Notes under the pieces: model-generated | Database searches by the model: none | What the model was told of the DNA's origin: nothing | Seen by the model: only the letters and a program-made list of their open reading frames with translations | Position numbers and translations under genes: made by a program | Source of the DNA: a candidate division WOR-3 bacterium | Lineage (GTDB): Bacteria > Hydrothermota > Tepidihabitantia > Tepidihabitantales > CAIPLT01 | Direction of reading: 5' to 3' | NCBI GenBank assembly: GCA_965649215.1 | Contig: CBFGJZ010000020.1 | Coordinates: forward strand, 1 to 15,511 | DNA: 15,511 nucleotides | Shown: positions 1-8,624 of the stretch, piece by piece | Position numbering within the stretch: the stretch's first letter is position 1 | Layout: each line of letters begins with the position of its first letter

Positions 1-6
1 TTTGTC

Positions 7-26
7 GTCTGTGTAATCTGTGGTTA
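7..26 (-). repeat. short direct-repeat motif (TAACCACAGATTACACAGAC on - strand), possibly one arm of a dispersed intergenic repeat cut by the window edge
   Basis: TCTGTG occurs twice with 9-bp period (8-13, 17-22), just downstream of the OmpA stop codon. From memory it resembles CCACAGATTACACAGAT-type dispersed repeats. No partner arm is visible in the window. Confidence 0.35.
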
Positions 27-32
27 CTGTTC

Positions 33-2195
33 TTACTCTAAAATCTTAAAATCGACTCTTCGATTCAATGCTCTGCCTTCAGGAGTTTGATTAGATGCGA
101 TTGGCTGAGATGAACCATATCCTTTGGCAGTCAAACGCTCAGGCGCAATGCCAAGATTTTTAACCAGATAACTCATCACTGCATCAGCGCGGGCTTGGGA
201 TAGTCTTTGATTTAATTCATCTGAACCTGTATTATCAGTGTGGCCTTGAATTTCAACTTTGATGTTTGGATTATCACTGAGAATTTTTGCTGCTTCTTGT
301 AAGGTCGCATAGGATTCAGGTTTTAAGGTCGCTTTACCCGTTTCAAAATAAATGCCCTTGATGGTAATCGTCATACCGCTTTTAACAAGTTCAAAGTTTT
401 TAGCCAGCGTTTTGTTGGGTTCTAAGACAATTAAAGCGGTTTGGCTGATATAATCTGGGACTCTAACTTCTACTAAATAAGAACCGACAGGAATCTCAGT
501 TCGAAAAACACCTGTAACTGAATCCGTATAAATTGTTTCAAGTCCTACTTCCGGAAAACTTATGGTTGCCCATAGCGGCTTGGCATTTTGTTTATCAATC
601 ACTCTGCCTGTGAAGATAGTTTTTATTTTTGTTGGATTAAGTTCAATTTGAATTTCGGTGGTTTTATCTTTTTCAATTGTAATTAAACTGCTTTGATTGA
701 TGTAATCATTAGCACTAATGATAATTGGATAAGTGCCAATTGGTAATTCGGTTTGAAAAAGGCCGGTCATACTGTCGGTCGCAATTTCAGGAATGTTATT
801 ATTAGGAAAAATGATTTTTGCAGCTAGTGGCGCGCTATTGATTTTATCAATAACTCGGCCAATAAAATAACCTCGCATTACTGATGAGACTAATGCAAAA
901 TCAATCTGACTAACTTTATTTTCTTCTACATTAACGGTTTTTGCTTGCGCAAAATAACCATCTTTACTGACTTCAATTGTTTTTGTGCCCGTTTCTACTT
1001 GCTCAATCTTAAAAGCACCCGTAATTGGGTCGGATTCAATTTCTGTGTTGTTATAATTGATGGTAGCAGATAAAGGTTTACGAGTGTTAGCATCATAGAC
1101 ATTACCTGCAATCGTCCCATAAGTTATCAAAGGTTTCAATTTAAAGTCATACGCATTAACTTTATTGGCTTCAATATTAATGGGAGTGGTAATCTTTTGA
1201 TAACCAGGTGTGGTGATTTCAATAACTTGTAAACCAGCCGGAATCTTCATAATTTTAAAGATACCGCTTTGTGCATTAGTCATAACTGATTTGATTTTGG
1301 GCTTTTCAGGAAATGAGATAGTCGCCTGTAGAGATTTACCAGTATTAGCATCAGTGACCGTGCCGGTCAGAATGCCAATTTTTGGCGGCGGTGGTTTTAA
1401 TAAAGCACTGCCAATGGTTAAACCTATCACTCCACCATATTGTATTGGATTATTTTTTGTAATCTTCATACTTAAACCACCGCTTAAATAAGAATGTTTG
1501 CTGAGATTTATACGTATACCAGGAGTTAAAAGAAAACTGTCAAAGATTTTTGAGAACATCTGATTAGTTTTCGCTTCCTGACTTGTGGCTTCAATAAGGA
1601 TTGCGCCACCACTACCAACAATTTCTAAACCACTTCCATAATAGCGCGTGTTTTGATCTTGACTATAATTCAAAATTAAATTGGGTAAGGCACTACCAAA
1701 ATCATTAAAATGGAAAGCCAGTAACCCAACCCAGTCAAGCCCTTTTGTTTCTTTAATGAGAGAAACCGACTCGGAAGTGTCTCGTGGCCAAGTGTAAGTT
1801 AGTTTAGCACCTAATTTTAAAAAAGGAATCGGTAATGAAATTTTACTACCGATAATGCGGTCATACTTTTTAGTAAGAAAAGTAGTTTGCCAAAATTTGG
1901 GAAATTGAAAATTACTTTTGGTGACAATAGTACCACTGGAATAAAAGATATCAACAAAATTAAAAGGCGAATACAAGAGATGCGGCGCGACAACATCACC
2001 TACATAACTACTAATTGAATCTTTATGAAATAAAAGATAAGATGTTATTGCTACAACTCCAATCTCTTCACTTTGGGCATCTTCAATTAGGAAAAGACCG
2101 CGACTACCAATAACTGAAGGCGCAGCTGATAATGAAATAACTAATAAACTTAATATCAAAATATATTGGAAAATCGAGCGTCCTTGATATTGCAT
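33..2195 (-). CDS. OmpA-family outer-membrane protein: signal peptide, putative N-terminal beta-barrel, four carboxypeptidase-regulatory-like/PEGA-type repeats, C-terminal peptidoglycan-binding OmpA domain
   Basis: C-terminal motifs IYFETGKATL, IQGHTDNTGSDELNQRLSQARADAV, GYGSSQPIASN and NRRVDF. Four ~80-aa repeats start GxVxD. PPPP linker and hydrophobic N-terminus. SD AAAGGAGG 11 nt upstream of the ATG. Confidence 0.92.
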   Translation of the reverse strand: MQYQGRSIFQYILILSLLVISLSAAPSVIGSRGLFLIEDAQSEEIGVVAITSYLLFHKDSISSYVGDVVAPHLLYSPFNFVDIFYSSGTIVTKSNFQFPKFWQTTFLTKKYDRIIGSKISLPIPFLKLGAKLTYTWPRDTSESVSLIKETKGLDWVGLLAFHFNDFGSALPNLILNYSQDQNTRYYGSGLEIVGSGGAILIEATSQEAKTNQMFSKIFDSFLLTPGIRINLSKHSYLSGGLSMKITKNNPIQYGGVIGLTIGSALLKPPPPKIGILTGTVTDANTGKSLQATISFPEKPKIKSVMTNAQSGIFKIMKIPAGLQVIEITTPGYQKITTPINIEANKVNAYDFKLKPLITYGTIAGNVYDANTRKPLSATINYNNTEIESDPITGAFKIEQVETGTKTIEVSKDGYFAQAKTVNVEENKVSQIDFALVSSVMRGYFIGRVIDKINSAPLAAKIIFPNNNIPEIATDSMTGLFQTELPIGTYPIIISANDYINQSSLITIEKDKTTEIQIELNPTKIKTIFTGRVIDKQNAKPLWATISFPEVGLETIYTDSVTGVFRTEIPVGSYLVEVRVPDYISQTALIVLEPNKTLAKNFELVKSGMTITIKGIYFETGKATLKPESYATLQEAAKILSDNPNIKVEIQGHTDNTGSDELNQRLSQARADAVMSYLVKNLGIAPERLTAKGYGSSQPIASNQTPEGRALNRRVDFKILE
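381..1376 (-). repeat. four tandem ~80-aa beta-sandwich domain repeats within the OmpA protein
   Basis: Units begin GILTGTVTDANTGKSL, GTIAGNVYDANTRKPL, GYFIGRVIDKINSAPL and TIFTGRVIDKQNAKPL. Each has a later (T/S)GxF motif and a (G/D)Y motif. Confidence 0.85.
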
Positions 2196-2218
2196 AATTT
2201 CAATTTCCTCCTTTGCTT

Positions 2219-2269
2219 AAAATATAACGGGTATAGATTTTACTTTTAGTAAACTTTATCTATACCCGC
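2219..2269 (-). terminator. intrinsic-terminator-like hairpin between the lipoprotein and OmpA genes
   Basis: Perfect 11-bp inverted repeat CGGGTATAGAT (2228-2238) / ATCTATACCCG (2258-2268), plus inner TTTACT/AGTAAA stem, followed on the - strand by TTATATTTT. Confidence 0.6.
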
Positions 2270-2286
2270 AAAGAGACAATTAATTT

Positions 2287-2910
2287 TTAATTATCAACTC
2301 GCGTCGGGTCGTCGTAAGAGTCAGAAATATTTATTGAAAAATAAGCGGTATCTGTGATCGGCTCTTGGGTTAATTCTTCATAGCCACTGAGAATTAAAGT
2401 GGCTTTGAGAACACCGCACCAAAGGGTATTCGGTTCTCTACCTTCTAAAGAATCGTTGAAATTGCTTCGTAACCAGACACCTGGAATAACCGTGAGATTG
2501 TTTGTTACTGAACTTCGTCCATTTGGGTCAGCCGGAATCACCATATTGGTAGCGCCATTCACAGCAGTAAATGTCCATTGCGGTTTGGATTGATGTCTAA
2601 AAGTGACTTTATAATCTGTAATTCGTGCCGTATAAGGAGTTGGATAAGTTGGTAACCCTAATCCGACTTCAACATAACGGACTTGCACTGGTATTGCATA
2701 GTCATGCATTAAAGCAACCAAGATGGTATCCTCAGGATCTTCTGGATCCGGAAGCCGAGCCCAATCGGCAATATCCACATTCAGATCCCTTCCTTGATTG
2801 ATTGAGACAATTTGCAGGGCATTTTGTGAAGTATGTCTTTCGCAAGCCAGGGAAAGTAAAATTCCAATACATAATATTAATATTACATAGTACCCAAAGT
2901 TTTTTGTCAT
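2287..2910 (-). CDS. uncharacterised lipoprotein
   Basis: 207-aa ORF with a basic-then-hydrophobic signal peptide ending in a lipobox-like LSLA-C. GGAG 5 nt upstream of the ATG. No family recognised. Confidence 0.75.
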   Translation of the reverse strand: MTKNFGYYVILILCIGILLSLACERHTSQNALQIVSINQGRDLNVDIADWARLPDPEDPEDTILVALMHDYAIPVQVRYVEVGLGLPTYPTPYTARITDYKVTFRHQSKPQWTFTAVNGATNMVIPADPNGRSSVTNNLTVIPGVWLRSNFNDSLEGREPNTLWCGVLKATLILSGYEELTQEPITDTAYFSINISDSYDDPTRVDN

Positions 2911-2927
2911 ATATGCTCCGTACTAAA

Positions 2928-2955
2928 AGAGTAATAAAATTTAGTGTTTTGTCAA
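2928..2955 (-). promoter_or_regulatory. putative sigma70 promoter for lipoprotein-OmpA
   Basis: TTGACA (2955-2950), 16-nt spacer, TACTCT (2933-2928). Confidence 0.5.
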
Positions 2956-2979
2956 GAGTTTTATTAACAATTATAAATA

Positions 2980-3008
2980 TTGACCGAATTGGTAAATATC
3001 ATTATAGT
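2980..3008 (+). promoter_or_regulatory. putative sigma70 promoter for lolA-thioesterase-rimO
   Basis: TTGACC (2980-2985), 17-nt spacer, TATAGT (3003-3008). The ATG follows 6 nt later. Confidence 0.6.
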
Positions 3009-3014
3009 AATTAT

Positions 3015-3623
3015 ATGCAGTTGCGAACTCTGATTATCATAATATTGTTAGGAGTATTTAACTTTATTTGTGCAGAGGAAATAATGGCTAAAATTAAAAA
3101 CCGTTATGATAAAATTACAAGTCTCCAAGGTAATTTTATGCAAACGGTTTGCTCTGAATTGAACGGTACTTGTAACGCGTTTAGTGGAAAATTTTTAATT
3201 GCTCGTCCTTATTATTCTCGGTTAGAAGTTATAAGTCCTGAAAAGCAACTGCTCGTGACTGATAGTCTCTATTCGTACATATATCTTCAAAACCAGAAAA
3301 AGTTATATATTCAATCTATAAATACCGGCGTTAATTTTTTTAAGATTTTTGATTTGTTTTTAAGTGATACCGCTCGCTTTATAATCATCAAGGAAGATAG
3401 CAATTATACAACCCTGAAAGATACTCTAAAAGAAACTTCAATGATTAGGGATTTATCACTGACCTTCAATAAAAGAACTTATTTGATCGAACAATTTCAA
3501 TTTAGCGATATGAATGGTAATGAGATGAAATTTGAGCTTACAAATTTGAAGGTCAATCCCAAAGTAGCTCACAAACAATTTACCATTGAAATTCCCAAAA
3601 GTACCGAAATCATTAAATACTAA
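3015..3623 (+). CDS. lolA: outer-membrane lipoprotein carrier protein LolA
   Basis: Signal peptide, then SLQGNFMQT...SGKFLIARP..SRLEVISPEKQLLVTD, and C-terminal FTIEIPKSTEII, the LolA pattern. Start moved from the ORF-track 2802 (overlaps the divergent gene) to the in-frame ATG at 3015. Confidence 0.85.
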   Translation: MQLRTLIIIILLGVFNFICAEEIMAKIKNRYDKITSLQGNFMQTVCSELNGTCNAFSGKFLIARPYYSRLEVISPEKQLLVTDSLYSYIYLQNQKKLYIQSINTGVNFFKIFDLFLSDTARFIIIKEDSNYTTLKDTLKETSMIRDLSLTFNKRTYLIEQFQFSDMNGNEMKFELTNLKVNPKVAHKQFTIEIPKSTEIIKY

Positions 3624-4019
3624 ATGATTGTAAAAAACGATACTCATTGTTTTGCTTGTGGAGATGATAATCCAATTGGTTTGAAACTTAAATTTACGCC
3701 AATCCCTAATGGGGTCGAAACATTCTTTACTCCTAGTGGTTTATATCAAGGTTTTCAGAATATTATTCATGGTGGAATTGTAGCTACACTCTTAGACGAA
3801 GCAATCGCTTGGGCATGTCGGATTTGTGGGGTTGATGCTGTGACTGGCGAATTAACAGTTCGCTATAAACGACCCTTGATAGCTAATCAATGCGTCAAGA
3901 TTATCGGTATGATTGATAAGAATAAGGGTAAAATATTGTATGGTTCAGCTCAGATTATTGACCAAGATGGTAATTTAATTGCAACGGCCAATGCCAAAAT
4001 GATTCCCGCTAATCAGTGA
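3624..4019 (+). CDS. PaaI-family (hotdog-fold) thioesterase
   Basis: CFACGDDNPIGLKLKF, YQGFQNIIHGGIVATLLDEA and ELTVRYKRP motifs. Abuts the lolA stop (TAAATG). Confidence 0.9.
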   Translation: MIVKNDTHCFACGDDNPIGLKLKFTPIPNGVETFFTPSGLYQGFQNIIHGGIVATLLDEAIAWACRICGVDAVTGELTVRYKRPLIANQCVKIIGMIDKNKGKILYGSAQIIDQDGNLIATANAKMIPANQ

Positions 4020-5320
4020 AAGTTTCCCTTATAGCCCTTGGTTGTCCTAAGAATTTAGTTGACGCGGAGATTATCTTAGGTTATCTGGGAACTGCTAATT
4101 ATACAATCACGACCGATTGGAAAAGTAGTGATGTCTGCATTATCAACACTTGCGCTTTTCTTAAAGCCGCTATAAAAGAAGCTGATCAATGGATTAGAAA
4201 AGTAGTTAAATATAAACAGCAGGGGTTAGTTAAAAAAATCATTGTGGCGGGTTGCTTATGCCAAAGAAACCAAAATCAACTTTTACAAAAGTATCCGCTA
4301 CTTGATGGTTTGATTGGAATTGATAATTTAGCCGAGATTACGAGAGTTATAAAAACACCGAAAAGAATTGCTAAAATAAATCCGAAGCCAACCCAATTAT
4401 TTAATTATCAAACTCCCCGTTTATTAAGTACCCATCATTATGCTTACATAAAAATTGCTGACGGCTGTGATAATTTTTGTTCGTACTGTCTGATTCCGTA
4501 TTTACGGGGACGATTCCGAAGCCGCCCGATGAAAGATATTGTCAAAGAAGCAGAACTACTCGCGCAAAGTGGTGTTAAAGAAATCATCTTGATTGCCCAA
4601 GATACAACACAATATGGGAAAGATATTAATCAAGAGTTGTCATTGGCAAAATTACTCAAGTATTTAGTAAAAATCAAAGAGATTGACTGGATCAGGATTC
4701 TTTACACCCATCCTGCTCATTGGAATGACGACTTAATTTCAGTTTATCAAGATAACCCAAAAATTTGCCGATATGTCGATTTGCCGCTACAACACATTTC
4801 AGATTCAATCTTAAAAACCATGAACCGACCTTACAACCGAAAGCAGGTTGAACAACTTCTTAGCAAGCTCAAAAAGATTCCTAATTTAGCCATCCGCAGT
4901 AGTTTTATTGTTGGCTTTCCTGGTGAGACGGAAGATGATTTTAAAGAATTATTGGATTTTATCAAAGAGCAAAAATTCGCGCACCTAGGCGGTTTTGTTT
5001 ATTCCCGAGAAAGCGGTACGCTTGCCTACCATCTACCAAATCAAATTCCGAGCCGAATCAAACAAGAACGTTTACACGAGATGATGGCAACGCAGCGACA
5101 AATCTCATTAGCACGCATGAAGAGTTTGATTGGTAAAAGACTATCTGTCATTATTGATCGAATAATGCTTCATCAAAAATATCGGTATCTGGCCCGCAGT
5201 GAGTTTGATGCTCCCGAAATTGACGGAGTGGTTTATCTTGCTGATGGCCAATATCAGATTGGTGATATTGTAGAAGTAAAAATTACAGATGCGGAAAGTT
5301 ATGCTTTGTTTGCAAGTTAG
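4016..5320 (+). CDS. rimO: ribosomal protein S12 methylthiotransferase RimO
   Basis: LGCPKNLVDAE, INTCAF, radical-SAM CDNFCSYC, IAQDTT.YG, IVGFPGET and TRAM-domain APEIDGVV. GTG start overlaps the upstream stop (GTGA). Confidence 0.95.
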   Translation: MKVSLIALGCPKNLVDAEIILGYLGTANYTITTDWKSSDVCIINTCAFLKAAIKEADQWIRKVVKYKQQGLVKKIIVAGCLCQRNQNQLLQKYPLLDGLIGIDNLAEITRVIKTPKRIAKINPKPTQLFNYQTPRLLSTHHYAYIKIADGCDNFCSYCLIPYLRGRFRSRPMKDIVKEAELLAQSGVKEIILIAQDTTQYGKDINQELSLAKLLKYLVKIKEIDWIRILYTHPAHWNDDLISVYQDNPKICRYVDLPLQHISDSILKTMNRPYNRKQVEQLLSKLKKIPNLAIRSSFIVGFPGETEDDFKELLDFIKEQKFAHLGGFVYSRESGTLAYHLPNQIPSRIKQERLHEMMATQRQISLARMKSLIGKRLSVIIDRIMLHQKYRYLARSEFDAPEIDGVVYLADGQYQIGDIVEVKITDAESYALFAS

Positions 5321-5333
5321 CGTTTAAGATGTA

Positions 5334-6404
5334 CTAAAAAGTTTTGATATATTTATTGCCTGGCAATTGTTTAATTAAACCCTTGATTTCTAAAGAAAGT
5401 AGTTGTGGTAAGATGACAGCAATTGACTCTTTAGTTAGTTCTGTGATTTGGTCAGGATAGAGTGGTTCAGAATCCAAAAGCTCTAAAATCTTTTTTTCTA
5501 AATCGGAAACAGGCATATTTTGTTTCTCTTTTTTCTCGTACGCAATATTCAGTTCCTGACAAATATCCTGTACTGAAGTCACTGGTTTGGCGCCGTCTTT
5601 AATTAATTGGTTCGTGCCAATACTCGTTTTCTGATTGATTGCACCGGGCACCGCAAAAACTTCCCGACCTTGGTCGGCTGCCCAAGTAACAGTATTTAAA
5701 ACACCGGAATCTGCTGGTGCTTCAACTGCTAAAACACCTAAAGATAAACCACTGATAATTCGATTCCGTTTCGGAAAGTTCATCGCATAGGGAGTGGTGC
5801 CCAAATTAAATTCAGAAATCACAGCGCCATGTTCGCTAATCTCGTCATACAATTTTTTATTTTCCGGAGGATAATAAACATCAAGACCGCAACCCAACAC
5901 CGCAATTGTGCGGCCTTTTGCTTTTAAGGCACCAAGATGTGCCGAAGTATCAATACCTCTTGCCAGGCCACTAACAATGGTAATTCCTAATTCAGCTAAT
6001 TCATAAGAAAATTTTTCTGCCACCAATTTACCATAGGGGGTTGGTTGACGTGTACCGATGATAGCTAATGCTTTGCTATCTTGTTCTGAGATTTCACCAC
6101 GCATAAATAACACGGGCGGTGCGTGAGAAATACTTTTTAAGTTTTCGGGATATCCTTGTTCCAAATAAGAGATAATTTTAATATTTAATTGTTGAGCCCG
6201 TCTGATTTTTTCTTGGGTTTGTTCAGTTGGCTGATAATTAGTGATTGCCGAGGCCATTTCATTATCAATACCTTTAACTTGCAGTAAATCTTGACGGGTG
6301 GCTTGAAAGATTGTTTCCGGTGTTTTAAATCTCTGTAAAAGATTTTTCAATTTGGCTTCGCTCATCATTGGTATATCAAGCAGATTAATAAATAAATAAC
6401 TCAT
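5334..6404 (-). CDS. dprA: DNA-processing protein DprA (Smf)
   Basis: AIIGTR, IVSGLARGIDTSAH, AVLGCGLDVYYP, FPKRNRIISGLS, GREVFAVPG and NQLIKDGA motifs. C-terminal winged-helix-like LEIKGLIKQLPG. Confidence 0.96.
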   Translation of the reverse strand: MSYLFINLLDIPMMSEAKLKNLLQRFKTPETIFQATRQDLLQVKGIDNEMASAITNYQPTEQTQEKIRRAQQLNIKIISYLEQGYPENLKSISHAPPVLFMRGEISEQDSKALAIIGTRQPTPYGKLVAEKFSYELAELGITIVSGLARGIDTSAHLGALKAKGRTIAVLGCGLDVYYPPENKKLYDEISEHGAVISEFNLGTTPYAMNFPKRNRIISGLSLGVLAVEAPADSGVLNTVTWAADQGREVFAVPGAINQKTSIGTNQLIKDGAKPVTSVQDICQELNIAYEKKEKQNMPVSDLEKKILELLDSEPLYPDQITELTKESIAVILPQLLSLEIKGLIKQLPGNKYIKTF

Positions 6405-6425
6405 TAAAAAAGGAGAGTAAAGTTA

Positions 6426-7409
<984 letters not shown>

Positions 7410-7455
7410 CTAAATAGATAAAATCATTATTTTAACAAAATTATATTTTGTTTTA

Positions 7456-7941
7456 TTATCGCTTGCTTTTTAATTTTTTATTTAAAGCAACAATTACTGG
7501 TTCCGGTAAAAATTCGTGTAGATCACCACCCATACGAGCAATTTCTTTGGCTAATGAAGCCGAAAGATAGGCATACTTTTCAGATGCTAATAAAAAAATA
7601 GTTTCAATTTCAGGTGCAATTTTACGATTTGTTAAAGCCATTTGAAACTCATAATCAAAATCCGAAATTGTGCGTAAACCACGGATAATGGTACATGCTT
7701 TTTCTTGTTTGACAAAATTGACTAATAATCCGTCAAACGCTTTAACCGTTACTCTCTTTAAATCTTTAGTAACTAATTTTACTAAAGCGGTGCGTTCAGC
7801 AAAAGAAAAGAGGGGGTGTTTTTCTTCCCGACGGGCAACGCCAATAATAATCTCATCAAAGAGTTTTAGCGCTCGTTTAATGACATCAATATGGCCATTG
7901 GTAATCGGGTCAAAACTGCCGGGAAAAACTGCTTTTTTCAT
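7456..7941 (-). CDS. coaD: phosphopantetheine adenylyltransferase
   Basis: FPGSFDPITNGH, IIRGLR..SDFDYEFQMALTNR. SD AAGGAG overlaps the rsmD end. Confidence 0.97.
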   Translation of the reverse strand: MKKAVFPGSFDPITNGHIDVIKRALKLFDEIIIGVARREEKHPLFSFAERTALVKLVTKDLKRVTVKAFDGLLVNFVKQEKACTIIRGLRTISDFDYEFQMALTNRKIAPEIETIFLLASEKYAYLSASLAKEIARMGGDLHEFLPEPVIVALNKKLKSKR

Positions 7942-7943
7942 TT

Positions 7944-8492
7944 TTACTCCTTATTAATTAAAATACTAATAACTGTTTGTTGATATTGCTTCTGCTTAAA
8001 GAGTTTTAAACGCTCGGGAACTATGAATTTTTCTTGTTTGTGATGTTCTACGACAATCACACCATTGTCTTTTAATAATTGATAAAGAGCTATTTTATTT
8101 AAAACCGCGGTAATTAGATTTTTATAATAAGGTGGATCTAAAAAGATAAAATCAAACTGTTTCGGTTCTAGTTGTTTTAAGACCACTCGGGCATCGCCGG
8201 CAAGGATTCTAACTTGGGCAGGAATATTTATTAAATTCTTACGGAGATAATGTAAAGTGAGGCGGTTGTTGTCAATAAAAACGGCACTTTGCGCACCACG
8301 CGAAAGAGCTTCAATGCCGACCGAACCCGCTCCGCAAAAGATATCACAGACACTGGCTTGGTTTAACAACTCAGGGAAGTTGGCATTGAGGATATTAAAG
8401 ATTGCGCTTCGCACTTTATCCATCGTCGGTCGGATATTCGTTTTCGGATAGAGGAGTTTTTTGCCTTTGAACCGACCTGCGGTAATTTGCAT
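7944..8492 (-). CDS. rsmD: 16S rRNA m2G966 methyltransferase RsmD
   Basis: ITAGRFKG, RPTMDKVRSAIFN, DIFCGAGSVGIEALSRGA and FLDPPY motifs. Conserved rsmD-coaD pairing. Confidence 0.95.
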   Translation of the reverse strand: MQITAGRFKGKKLLYPKTNIRPTMDKVRSAIFNILNANFPELLNQASVCDIFCGAGSVGIEALSRGAQSAVFIDNNRLTLHYLRKNLINIPAQVRILAGDARVVLKQLEPKQFDFIFLDPPYYKNLITAVLNKIALYQLLKDNGVIVVEHHKQEKFIVPERLKLFKQKQYQQTVISILINKE

Positions 8493-8497
8493 AAGCC

Positions 8498-8527
8498 AGT
8501 ATACATTTAGACAAGTTAACTTGTCAA
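8498..8527 (-). promoter_or_regulatory. putative sigma70 promoter for rsmD-coaD(-obgE-dprA)
   Basis: TTGACA (8527-8522), 18-nt spacer, TATACT (8503-8498). The ATG follows 5 nt later. Confidence 0.6.
8510..8525. promoter_or_regulatory. perfect 16-bp palindrome, candidate operator
   Basis: GACAAGTTAACTTGTC equals its own reverse complement and overlaps the -35 box and spacer of the rsmD promoter. Confidence 0.45.
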
Positions 8528-8584
8528 TATAAAGAAGATGCCTTTGAATAGGCTTTTATACTTTACGATAAATAAGCTTTGTGC

Positions 8585-8617
8585 TTGACAAATCGTGATT
8601 AATGTTGATAATAGAAT
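8585..8617 (+). promoter_or_regulatory. putative sigma70 promoter for the YbbR-like gene and tsaD
   Basis: TTGACA (8585-8590) with GATAAT (8607-8612, 16-nt spacer). An alternative -10, TAGAAT, lies at 8612-8617. Confidence 0.45.
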
Positions 8618-8624
8618 TATCATA

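Noticed and set aside
1210..1999. ORF-track ORFs 1210..1491 (+) and 1817..1999 (-)
   Set aside because: Antisense or alternative-frame shadows inside the OmpA gene, with no recognisable motifs.
2399..3647. ORFs 2399..2593 (+) and 3456..3647 (-), and the 2802-3014 N-terminal extension of lolA
   Set aside because: Shadows of the lipoprotein and lolA. The extension overlaps the divergent gene and both promoters, and the signal peptide starts at 3015.
5321..5333. Possible terminator between convergent rimO and dprA
   Set aside because: Only 13 bp and no hairpin visible.
6405..6425. obgE and dprA in the same frame, 21 nt apart (possible read-through fusion)
   Set aside because: Two consecutive TAA stops separate them, and both proteins look complete.
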